This document shows, in pieces, positions 14,031 to 24,280 of a stretch of 64,000 nt of DNA. A program made the position numbers and the translations under genes. Within the stretch, counting starts at the first letter, position 1. Each line of letters opens with the position of its first letter. This DNA comes from Carcharhinus longimanus (taxonomy: Eukaryota), in the NCBI GenBank assembly GCA_030264375.1, contig JASCQW010000081.1, positions 67,581,202-67,645,201 on the forward strand, in the 5' to 3' direction. A model generated the notes under the pieces. It saw only the letters and a list, made by a program, of their open reading frames with translations, was not told where the DNA came from and did no database searches.

Positions 14031-14074
14031 AGCAGGCTCAAAAGGCCTTTCATTTTGTTCATGGTTGATCATAG

Positions 14075-14240
14075 AATGTGTGGGTTAGGTTGATTGACCC
14101 ATGCTAAATTACCCTTTAGTATCAGGGGACACAAATACGTAGGGTTATGGAGGTAGGCCCTGGCTGCAATTGTTGCAGGTGCAGGCTCGATGGGTCAAAT
14201 GGCCTCTTTCCACTCTGTAGGGATTCAATGATTTTATGAA
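14075..14240 (+). mobile_element. HE1 SINE 3' half
   Basis: gttaggttgattgacccatgctaaattaccc...gcaggctcgatgggtcaaatggcct...gtagggattc. Confidence 0.8.
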
Positions 14241-14399
14241 ATCAGACAATGTTTTGGCCTCAAATACTTCGTAGTAACGAATTCCACACATTCACCACCG
14301 TCTTGATGAAGAAATTTCTCCTCGCCTCTGTTCTAAAAGGTTTACCCCTCATCCTCAAACTATGATCCCTAGTTATAGAAAAGTACCTCAACAAGAAGC

Positions 14400-14510
14400 C
14401 TGTATGAGAGAAAGACATAGCCTCAGTTTCACGTCTCATCTGAAAGACTGTGCTTCCTCAGCACTGTGCTATTGTGGAAATCTAGATTATGTGCAAATCT
14501 CTGGCATGCC
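14400..14510 (-). mobile_element. Deu-domain SINE, 5' part
   Basis: gcctcagtttcacgtctcatctgaaagac...tagattatgtgc is the Deu core seen in the other copies. Confidence 0.7.
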
Positions 14511-14514
14511 AGAA

Positions 14515-14725
14515 GCAAAATACTGAGATGCAGAGATTGGAAACAAAAACAGAAAATGCTGGAAAACCTCAGCAGGTTTGACAGCATATGCAGAGGGGCA
14601 GAGAGAGTGCTAGGATGATCCTTTGTGGTGCCAAGTGATGATCCTGACCCAAAACATTGGCTCTATTTTCTCTCCAGATGTTGTCAGATCTGCTGAGGTT
14701 TTCCAGCATTTGTTGTTTTTGTCCC
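14515..14725. mobile_element. Palindromic Penelope-like (pLTR-derived) non-autonomous element
   Basis: Arms aaaacagaaaatgctggaaaacctcagcaggtttgacagcat and atgttgtcagatctgctgaggttttccagcatttgttgttttt are near reverse complements; a related half-copy lies at 63350-63450. Confidence 0.65.
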
Positions 14726-17469
14726 TGGAATGAGATGAGATGTCATTATGAAAAATCCTTCAAAGCAAAATTTATGAAAACGTAGAGCAAGTCCTGATGA
14801 CATTCAAGACCCCTGATGGACATAGTTGAGCCCAATTGGAAGTGAGCTAAGTCAGGCAAGGAGACATGCAGTCAAAAGCTCTTGTAATAGTACCTCAGCC
14901 AGGACAAGTGAAGCACGTTAAATATTATGCTCACTGCACAACCTTAAGTCACCTCAAATTTGAGGCAATCATCCCATGCAGAAACACACTGCCCATCACC
15001 TCAGAAGATTGAGACTCACACTAATGTGATTATATAGATCACTGGCATGAAACATGCCCTGGCAATAAATTCAAATTTAAAGATTATTCAGCATCAGCAA
15101 CACCTCAATTTCTTACCTCTGACAAGGGAAAATAGCAACAAGCTCTCATGGTTGTGCACTTCATATAACTTGTGCTCACTGCTCAACCCTTTTATTTAGA
15201 AAGAATCCCTTGAATGAAGAAAATTCTTTTAATCACAGCATGCCAGATAGAAAAAAGGAAAACTTTACATCAACACTGAAGCAGCCATGGACAAAAGTCA
15301 TAAACAACTCACTTCAGATGTGTCATTTCTTGAAAATAAAGATGGGTTTAAAGGAGTTGACTACCTCCTTCTTCCTCCCCTTCACTAATTTGACACGATA
15401 CTTTTGTCAGAGGTGATCATTGACCAATGTGCAAGATTAATGCCAGAGCAACATGTGAAAGTTACAACACTTATACAGCCTTCATAGATCTTTCTTATTT
15501 GTAGCAAATTCTAACTAATCACTAATACAGGCACCAAATTAATTGGATTGGACAGATTGCATAATATCTGCTGTAAAAACTAATAATCTCATGGAACTCA
15601 TTTTGGGAAAAATCAAAGAGTGGAATGAAATTGCATCTTATTCTCTTTTGGAAAGGAATATTAACCTTCCAAAATAATACTTAGCATCAGAATGTTCAAC
15701 TTTATAATGAAACGTGCAAACGAATTCCTCTGCAAGGTCAGATCTCTGATGCATCACTGCAGTTATGCGATATACACTACCCAGGCAGCTCCACTACTCC
15801 CATCACAAACCCCTTTCCGAATGATTCTTCTCCCTCCCTCCCCCCCACTCTCTCTCTCATACACACACACAAAGACAGAACATGATTTTCACCCGACAGT
15901 GAAGTCAATTACCTGAAGCTGCTTTCTATCTCCCTGGATATTATCCTCCCTGCACAAAGCCGTTACTGTATGTAAATTAAAAAGGAAGCTATCTGCAGCT
16001 TGGCCTCAGCTGAACTTGTGCACAATAGCTGCAGATGAACAATGACAGTGCTTCCCAATCCCCCGTTACCTTTAGGTTGGGGAAAATACAAATATTTTAG
16101 AAAATCCCACACTGTAGCAGAACTCCGAGGCCACGGCTCCGCAGTTAATTAAACGTGCCTTTGTTTAAAGTGTGTGGATTGACGATTCATTTTTAAAGAA
16201 TACCACAACAAAAATCCTTCAACAATCGGGAACCTTTGCTAACAGTCAACATCTCATGTTTGGAGCACAGGTTTGCCACACTACACCTCCAGGAACTGAT
16301 GTATATCAGGATAGAACCTGAAACTTCATTATTCTAATAGCAGATGTACATTTCCCCCTTACCCCGCTCCCGTCCTCAGCACAAGATTATTCAGATTTGG
16401 TCCCTTATCAGTAGCTAATATTTTGCAACCGGGCGATTCTATAGCTGCGGTACGCTTTTCTAATAAAGTAATTAGCAGCATCCAAAGTGTAAGGGCTAGG
16501 AGCGAAAGATTGCATTGTTGAGGCGTTTCAACACAGCCAAACGTTGAATTCCTCCCCCGTCCCTCCCTTTCCCCAACTAGTAACACCGAAACAAGAACTC
16601 GGGGCTTCACCTGGACCAGAATTTTGCTTGTAACATTTTTGCGCAGCCGGGCCCTTTGCGAACACATTTGATTTGATGGAATGAAAGATGAAGCTACTTG
16701 GTCATGCATGTTGAAATACCACTGAAACTTCTCATTCGGTGAATTTAAAGCAATTCCTGTTTTCAAATGTCATGTTACGTTTAACACATACAAACCTTAA
16801 ATTGCTGAATTTGCAATATGATTAAAAAACTAATACAACAGCCCCCTCAGCGGTTGCACGTCAGAACTGTTCCAATAAAAAGTCGCACTCAAGTATGCGA
16901 AAGACCTTCTCTGCGAGAGGCAAAAACTGAGAGGACGGAGCAGTGAGTGACGACTGCTGTGTAGACTCTCCCATCAGTAATGCTATGGCGAATATCTATC
17001 CATCAGCCATCTCACCGGGGAAGACAGTAACAGCCTCTTCCAAACAGGCCAAAGGGGTCTTCCAGAAATAGTCCATTAAAACAAATTGTCTTTTCTAGCA
17101 TAAATGAATAAGTAGTCAATTAAAACTGACATTTCTGGCTTAATAAATGGAAGTGGCCAACTAAAACAAAGTGGCGTTTCTAATTTGACTGATGAATAAA
17201 GCACACCAAATGGTTGTTCGTTCAAAAACCAGTTATTACTTAATACGAGTAAAATAATACAGCACAGAAATTATTATGCAGTCCTAGATATATTTCACAC
17301 AGATGCCACTCAAATATAATCCTTCTCTCCTCCAACCACTGATGCAGAGTCAGGATTTGCCGCGAAATAACCTTATTATGGAAAAAATAAACTTGCTATT
17401 TGGAATGTGTACAGCGAGTCCAGCGACAACTATCTGCTCAATACAGCCATCAGTAACCAACCCCCCACA

Positions 17470-18090
17470 CAGTGAGAATCAAGCCTCGCCTCTCTCTCAG
17501 ACACATACCGAGGAGTTGTTTTCCTCCGGACACCGGGCTTGATAGCTCTGCAGGGCCACATTGGGCTCGTCCAGCAGTTCCAGGACCAAGCTCCGCTGGA
17601 TGTTCCGCACTGCCGAGCGCTTGCGGTCGAACATGCCGTGAGTGCCCACATCGGGGCTCCAGATCGGGGCTGGCAAGAGTTCCACAGGAGACGGAGAAAT
17701 CATTGGCGAGAAGGGAGGAGGGGAAAAAAAACACAATCCACCGGCTCAAAAAGTCATGTTTCGTTCCCAGCACCAAAAGCTGGACTGCAGAGAGGTCGCC
17801 TTGTCTCTCTCTCTCTCCCTGCGGTTGCCTGGCAGCCTCGCGGAAGCTTGCCCCAGCTCTCTCTGCCTAACGAGCAACAGCTGCTGGCCAGCGCCACCTT
17901 CTCCCCTCCCACTCCACACTCATCAAACTCCGCTCCGGATCCGGATCCAGATCCAGATCCACTCCGGATCGGGCCGCCGCAGATTACCTCCCACCCTCTC
18001 GCCCTGATCTCACTCCCCCCACCTCCTCATTCAAATGAGCGACTTGTATGTCTGAGAGAGAGAGAGAACTCCTGGCAGAAGCTCTGACAC
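17470..18090 (-). promoter_or_regulatory. CpG island / promoter and 5'UTR of the minus-strand exon
   Basis: Sharp rise in GC and CpG content relative to the AT-rich flanks; GA/CT tracts, GGGCCGCCGC and a GATCC(G/A) hexamer run; directly upstream of the ATG at 17634. Confidence 0.75.
17509..17634 (-). CDS. First coding exon of a probable RalGDS-family Ral guanine nucleotide exchange factor (RALGDS/RGL1/RGL2/RGL3 type); paralog unresolved, remaining exons apparently outside the window
   Basis: ATG at 17634-17632 (context cacggcATG), 42 open codons, strong donor TCG|GTATGT at 17509/17508, phase 0, inside a CpG island. LELLDEPNVALQSYQARCPEE resembles, by recall, human RGL2 GGVVLSSFRSRDPEE and RALGDS VRLEVGVPDSCPVVLHSFTQLDPD, whose first exon joins exon 2 in phase 0. 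An in-frame upstream ATG at 17703 has weaker context. Confidence 0.62.
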
Positions 18091-18101
18091 ACACAACCTA
18101 G

Positions 18102-18263
18102 TCTGGAGTAGGTAAACACAGTAAGACGTCTCACAACACCAGGTTAAAGTCCAACAAGTTTATCTGATAGTAAACCCACTAGCTTTCGGGGTTTGCCCAA
18201 AAGGGGACTTCTCACTGCGTTTACCCCAGTCCAGTGTCGGCATCTCCACATCTGGAGTAGGTA
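18102..18263. mobile_element. Short Penelope-like element flanked by a 13-bp direct repeat
   Basis: cacaacaccaggttaaagtccaaca...ctagctttcgg...tttaccccagtcca...ggcatctccacatc (recalled shark Penelope-type repeat); TCTGGAGTAGGTA at 18102-18114 and 18251-18263. Confidence 0.65.
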
Positions 18264-18429
18264 GGCAGGGTGCGAATTTGGAAAAGCGGTCATCTCTCGC
18301 TCTCTTTCAGGCAAACCAAATAAACCAAATCAAATTAATTCTCGCACTGCACCAAGACACGCTGAGTTTTTTTCTTACAAAAACAACACATTTCCTCACA
18401 TTAAGTGTTCATTATAGTTCATTAGAATG

Positions 18430-18655
18430 ATGATAATTGGAGTCTTCAGCTATGATAGAGGCTGGCTTCCATGCCCCCTGGGCACCGCAGGGACTGGGGT
18501 GTATTACTGACCCCTTTAATCGCATTTTGATTTGATGTTTTAAGTTTCCTTTGTACTTCTGTTCAGGCTGTTCCCCCTCCTTTTGGGGAGCTGCCCCTTT
18601 TACTTTGTCCCTGAGTTAATTTGAGTTAGTTAGTTTGGTTTGCTCTAAAAGACAC
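18430..18655 (+). mobile_element. L1/Tx1-like LINE 3' end
   Basis: Decayed C-terminus FHAPWAPQGLGCITDPFNRILI* followed by a T-rich 3'UTR. Confidence 0.45.
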
Positions 18656-18659
18656 CGCT

Positions 18660-19575
18660 TATAGCAGAGGGGAAGGGGATTGAGGTGCACAAAATTATGG
18701 GGGACATAGCTGGGTAGATAGGAGGGAACTTTTTTCCCTTAGTAAAGAAGTCATAAACATGGGGGCATAGATTTAAAGCAAGGGGCAGGAGATTTAGAGG
18801 AGATTTGAGGAATTTTTTTCATCTAGAGGGTGGTCGGGATCATGAGCTCACAGCCTGAAGGAGTAGTAGAGGCAGGAATCCTTAGAACATTTGGATAAGC
18901 ACTTAAAACACCATGGCATACAAGGCTACAGACCAAGTGCTGGAAAATGGGATTCGATTTGATAGGTGCTTGATGGTCAGCACAGATATAATGGATTGAA
19001 GGTCTCTTTAGGCTATGCTAAAAAGTTCTATTGTTTTTAATCCAAGATTTAGGCATGATTTAGGCTTGAATGTAGGAAGGTTGATCAGTAAGTTTATGGA
19101 AGATATAAAAATTGGTGGGGTGACAAATAGTCTCAGATTTCAGGAGAATATAGATGGGCTGGTCAGATGGGCTAATAATATGACTTCTCTACTAAGGGGA
19201 GAAAAGTTCCCTCCTATCTACCCAACTAACATATAAACTCAGCAAGTTTTGATGATATGGAGTTCACTACTCAAAAGGGTGGTAGAAGCAGATTTGGGAA
19301 TCAAAGCTGGGAGGAAAGAGCAGCAGGGGATGGGACCAATTGGGACTTTTTGCGAGGTGGTACAGGCACAATGGGATGAAAAGCCTTTATCTATCATGTA
19401 AAATTCTATGACAATGCTCAACAGTGAACTAATAAAGACACATTCTCATAGAGTCATAGAGCAATACAGCATGGAAAGAGACCCTTTGGCCCAACTGGTC
19501 CATGCCAACCATGTGCCCTCCCAGCTAGTCCCAATTGCCCAAATTTGGCTCCTATTCCTCTAATCCTTTCCAATG
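18660..19575. mobile_element. Cluster of CR1/HER1 LINE fragments (plus 18660-19035 and 19060-19170; minus 19445-19575)
   Basis: gggggcatagatttaaag, RT remnant LISKFMEDIKIGGV and catagagtcatagag tail. Confidence 0.85.
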
Positions 19576-20479
19576 ATTCAGTCCAGCTCACCCATGCAAA
19601 ATGCAGCAATCCATGCTCACCATCCGATGCAGAGACAGGTTATGAGCTTATTGGGAGAGATATACAGAGAGATTATGTACTCAATATAGCACTGGCTCTC
19701 TTCTGAGATTCAGACCTTTGTTTAAAACAAAATCCTGTTGATACTTTTGAGACTATCATTATGACAGAAATTCTGCCACCTTTGTTACTGCTATCCATAT
19801 CTTTGAAATAATAGATTTAATATAAATCATATTTCATGATATAAATATATCATATGATTTGGTAAATGATGCCAATTATTTATAGAAACCTGGAAGTAAA
19901 ATCCAAACTTAATTTAGCAGCATCATTCTTATTTTGTTAACTGATCTTTCCTAACTGGCAGACCAGTCTTGAANNNNNNNNNNATACAAGGTGCAGGGAC
20001 CAGGGTTGTGGGAGGGGGGGCATCTCACTGTTCACACCACTGGCTAGGCCCATCAAAAATGGCCCTCAGTTTGGGAGATGTCTCACCAAACTATGGATTT
20101 TGTAATTAGTCACAAGTTAATGCTCCCCACATTCTTTAACTTGCTTGAAATTATTGTGAGAGAGTAGCTTCTCCAGAATGACATAAAGCAACCAACTTCA
20201 ATGGAGGTTGGAAGAAAAGCTTCAGTTGCTGTGAGAGTTAGGGATCTTTTCTAATCAACAAACAAGCTAACTCACATGTCATAAAACTCTGACTGGCACA
20301 ACATAATTAGTACATTTTAATCAAAACAGTCTATGTTGGATTGTAGCTGAAATATAAGTTTGAGAATAATATGTATTATTGCTATAGATGGATTTCATAG
20401 GTTAGAGCACTTCACATAGAAGGCTATTGTTTTGGACTAATTGTTAAAATCCTCATGCTGAGGAGAGTTGAAGTCCATT

Positions 20480-20870
20480 TATAGAACACCTTTCATAATC
20501 CCAAGACATCCCAAAATGTTTCCAGCCAATTAAATACCTTTTAAGTATACTGACGGTAGGGGAACATTGTAGCCAATGTGTACCTAGTAAGGTACACAGA
20601 CAGCAGACAAAATTACCAGATCATTTATTTAAGTTACGCTGGTTGAGGAGAGAATTCATGTTTTTTTTTGTAGTGATATGGGGTCTTTCATTGATTTAGC
20701 ATGCAGTGACATGGGATCTTTTATTTCTACTTAGGAAGGCAGACAGGGGCTTGGTTTAACATATCTTAAAAATTACACTTGCAACAATGCAGCATTCCTT
20801 CAGTGTTGCACAGGAGTATAAACCTCAAAGTCTTGGCTGTGGGACTCAAATCCACTAGCCCCCAGAGCCA
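20480..20870 (-). mobile_element. Deu-domain SINE
   Basis: cagacaggggcttggtttaacatatc...gcagcattccttcagtgttgca...gggactcaaatcca tRNA-like head. Confidence 0.7.
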
Positions 20871-21166
20871 TGGCTAACCCCGGAAGGACAACACTTCATA
20901 TACATGAATATAGGTGACTGTTTAAATATGGCAGACAATAAAAGCAAATCTGTGTGAGTACTGCCTGCATAAAATGCATGATTAAGTAATAAGCGTAATG
21001 GGTGAGTGACAAGGAGCTGTACAATTTGATGGTGTGTGAATTGCATATTCAAAATAAAAAGGGGACTGCCGACTCTGGCAATTTTAACATGGATGAAACT
21101 GGCAAACCTTAGCATACATACAGGAAATTCATCTTTTTTCAGTGACTTACTGAAGGTAAAACTCCC

Positions 21167-21945
21167 CAAGGGATAAAGAGGCAGATGAGTACAGGCGAGA
21201 GAACATATCCCACTATAATTGATCACAGTTAATAGTGGAATTCATAAAGAATCCCTCTTTTTAAAATGTCAGTCTCTCCACATTTCTATTTAACCCCTTT
21301 TGTATTGCTGCACAATAGAGTTTTTGCCTTGATTCATGTTAAATAGCGACATTCTGTTAAAAGACTTAAAACAAGCATTGTATCTTACGTGTTTTTAGCA
21401 ACTTAATTCTTCACAACTAACCAGCACCTGTTACTTAAGAAACAAAATACTTAATCAGCCTATAATTCTGGATCATTTCCAAACCATATCATGTGACAAG
21501 TTAAAAACTCATAGTGAAACAGACTTTTTGCAGAGTTCTGTCTTCTCTCTCGCTGCTGCCAGATTGAAAAAAGGAATTTGTATTACAAGATCTGTCTACC
21601 CAGAAACCTACAGGGAATTTCAGAGATAGAGTCATCGGTGAATTCCCCCGAGCGGATTTCCCAATGAAGAGAAGCTTTGGAGTTTCCAGTGCAACATTTT
21701 CAAACTTGATTTTCTGCCTTTCCATATTAATTGCTGGTGGCGATGGAAAGCCCCAACTTTTGATTCCTTTGTGAAAGATCACGGAAAGAGGAGCAGCGGG
21801 TGGGCTTGAAGATAACATAGTAAGGGGGGTGAGGCAGATGGGACTGGATGCAATAAATATCCCATTATAATTCATCACAGTTGGCCTTGCAATGTACACA
21901 AAGATTCTCTTTTTAAAACACAATGTTGGTCCCTGCACCTTTCTA
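21167..21945. repeat. Diverged local direct duplication (21167-21288 vs 21821-21945)
   Basis: Shared colinear blocks GAGGCAGATG, ATATCCCAYTATAATTSATCACAGTT (24/26), CTCTTTTTAAAA and CAC.TTTCTA. Confidence 0.8.
21613..21754. promoter_or_regulatory. Putative NF-kB site cluster / enhancer
   Basis: One perfect and four 9/10 matches to GGGRNNYYCC within 142 bp. Confidence 0.45.
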
Positions 21946-22669
21946 ACAAACACATATTGAATCATTGCACAACACAGTGTTCATTCTCAAAAGTGACATT
22001 ATCTTGCCATTGAGAGTTGGGCTGGGAAATACATGGGTGCGGACATTGATGTTCTGTCTGATTCAAAAATCCAACACTGGTTGTCTGAGCTAAGAGTTCC
22101 TAATCAGTGTGTCTTGGCACACTGGTGTCCCATGAAGACCCCCTCCAAGTGTGCTGCAAAGAAAGATGCAATATTTTAAAAAATTCATGTAATTAAACTA
22201 AAACTAACTTTTGTCTTCAGCTTTGTGGTCGACCCCTCCAAGACCCAATGAATCTTGCGCTGCCCATGCATGCACTGTCTGGAAAGAGACGCACGTGCGC
22301 AGTTTAAATTTTTATGTTTGTCATGCCCATGTGCATAAGCAATGGGACTTGGAGCTGAGGACAAAGGTCCTATGCAGCTGCAGAAAAAGCAAAAACTCAA
22401 AGGGCACCAAAACCCTGGGAGAAGTGAGAGAGAGAGAGAGAGACAGGAAGAGGCTAAAAACAAAACACAGGCAAGAGAGAACAGGGATAAGTTAAAAACA
22501 AAGTTCCTGGTAAGGGAAGAAGACAGAGAAAATAGGCGGCCTCAAAATTCTTTCAGTCTGTTAGCCTCAGAGAGGAGTGGGAAGAAATGGAGGCCATTTC
22601 TAGGCTAAAACCTAAGACTCTGGCCTACATTGATGGCATTATTTGATGTTTCACCAAAAATCAACATTC

Positions 22670-22810
22670 AGATAATACTGCACTCTCTCAGTACAGTGCT
22701 AAAGTATTGGTTTAGATCGTGTGTTCAAGTCTCTGGAGTGGGGTTTAAATCCACAACCTTCTGCTTCAGGTGGGTATTCTGCTGAGTCACAGTGGAGTGA
22801 TGTATGCGTA
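22670..22810 (-). mobile_element. Deu-domain SINE head fragment
   Basis: caagtctctggagtggggtttaaatccacaaccttctg; parallels 23750-23885. Confidence 0.65.
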
Positions 22811-23459
22811 NNNNNNNNNNNNNNNNNNNNNNNNNNNNNNNNNNNNNNNNNNNNNNNNNNNNNNNNNNNNNNNNNNNNNNNNNNNNNNNNNNNNNNNNNN
22901 NNNNNNNNNNNNNNNNNNNNNNNNNNNNNNNNNNNNNNNNNNNNNNNNNNNNNNNNNNNNNNNNNNNNNNNNNNNNNNNNNNNNNNNNNNNNNNNNNNNN
23001 NNNNNNNNNNNNNNNNNNNNNNNNNNNNNNNNNNNNNNNNNNNNNNNNNNNNNNNNNNNNNNNNNNNNNNNNNNNNNNNNNNNNNNNNNNNNNNNNNNNN
23101 NNNNNNNNNNNNNNNNNNNNNNNNNNNNNNNNNNNNNNNNCAAAGGGATGTGAACTGAGTATCACAAGGTATAACAGTCTCAATTCATTACAGACACTCA
23201 TTTTCCCCTTTGTTTCCATTCACTGCATTTCAGATGCTTGATAACTTCCATGGAAATTGAGTTCTTAATGACAGAGGAAAAATTGTCACAGGACAAGAAA
23301 AAATACTAACAATCCCTGGAGTTCGTAAACACTCCAACAAAGTAAGAAAGTAGGAATAGGCTATTCAGGCACTGGAGCGTTTTATTTGCAAATTATCCCA
23401 TTTAAAGTCTTGGTTTCCAAGACTCGTCCAAAATTACAACATTAAGAATACTCTTAGAT

Positions 23460-23870
23460 ACACCTTTCACAACCTCAAGATGTCCTGAAGCTCTTCACAA
23501 ACAAGTAAATATCTTTGAAGTGTCATCACTGTTGCAATGCAGGAAATGTAACAACCAACCTGCACATATCACATTCCCACAACACCATAATGACCTGGTA
23601 ATGAATATAATGTTGGTTGAGGGATAAATATTGGTCACAATTTTAGGAAGTACTCCAATGCACTTTGAAATGGGTTATTTTACATCCACCTAAGGAGACA
23701 AGGAAGGCCTTATTTAATGTTATACGAATAAGACAGCACTTAGATGGTGCAGCACTCCCTTAGCACTGTACCAAAACATTAACCTAGATTATGTGCTCAA
23801 GTCTCTGGAGAGGGACTTGAACCCACAATCTTCTGTCTCAGAGGTGGGTATTCCCAGTGAGTCATAGCTG
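23460..23870 (-). mobile_element. Near full-length Deu-domain SINE
   Basis: acatccacctaaggagacaaggaaggccttatttaatgt...gcagcactcccttagcactg...ctagattatgtgctcaagtctctggagagggacttgaaccca. Confidence 0.8.
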
Positions 23871-24039
23871 AGTGGTACATGCATAAGGAAGAGCTCGCAT
23901 TCAATGAAAAAAAACGATCGTTTTTCACCAACCTCAATACTTGGGGAAGTTGAAACCTGTACAAGCTAGATGGGTTGCACCCCAGCAGGTCTGGTTATTT
24001 CCTATTGTAGAACCAAAAGTAATATTTCTTTTGGTAATA

Positions 24040-24280
24040 TTTCTTCACTCAGAGCGTGACAAACCCATGGAGTTCTCTGCCATAGAAGGATGTGGAGGCC
24101 AAATCACTGCACATATTTAAGAAGGAAATAGATTTCTAGACTCTAAAGGTATCAAGAGCTATGGGAAGAGCGCTGGAGAATGGCATTGTGATAAAAGATC
24201 AACCATCATTATGCTGAATGGCGGAGCAGGCTTTAAGTGTCGAATGGCCTATCATGCTTCTATTTTTTGTTTCTATGCCA
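24040..24280 (+). mobile_element. CR1 LINE 3' end
   Basis: ttcttcactcagagcgtg...gaatggcggagcaggc...gaatggccta...ttctatg. Confidence 0.85.

Noticed and set aside
16359-16766. 135-codon minus-strand ORF ending near a GTAAGG donor-like site
   Set aside because: Non-ATG start and no family resemblance; probably CpG-island shore in intron 1.
17430-18087. Multiple overlapping ORFs on both strands
   Set aside because: Expected in a GC-rich CpG island; only the 17634-17509 frame has a splice donor and family resemblance.
21501-21965. 154-codon minus-strand ORF, and the similar-starting ORF at 20855-21226
   Set aside because: No recognisable protein, only a weak AAA|GTCTGT donor, and the duplicate copy differs by frame-breaking indels. 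The similarity is better explained at the DNA level, though a coding role is not fully excluded.
22721-23241. Long ORFs crossing N runs (also 28768-29388, 40193-40566 and 62245-63033)
   Set aside because: Open only because of Ns, poly-G or CA repeats.
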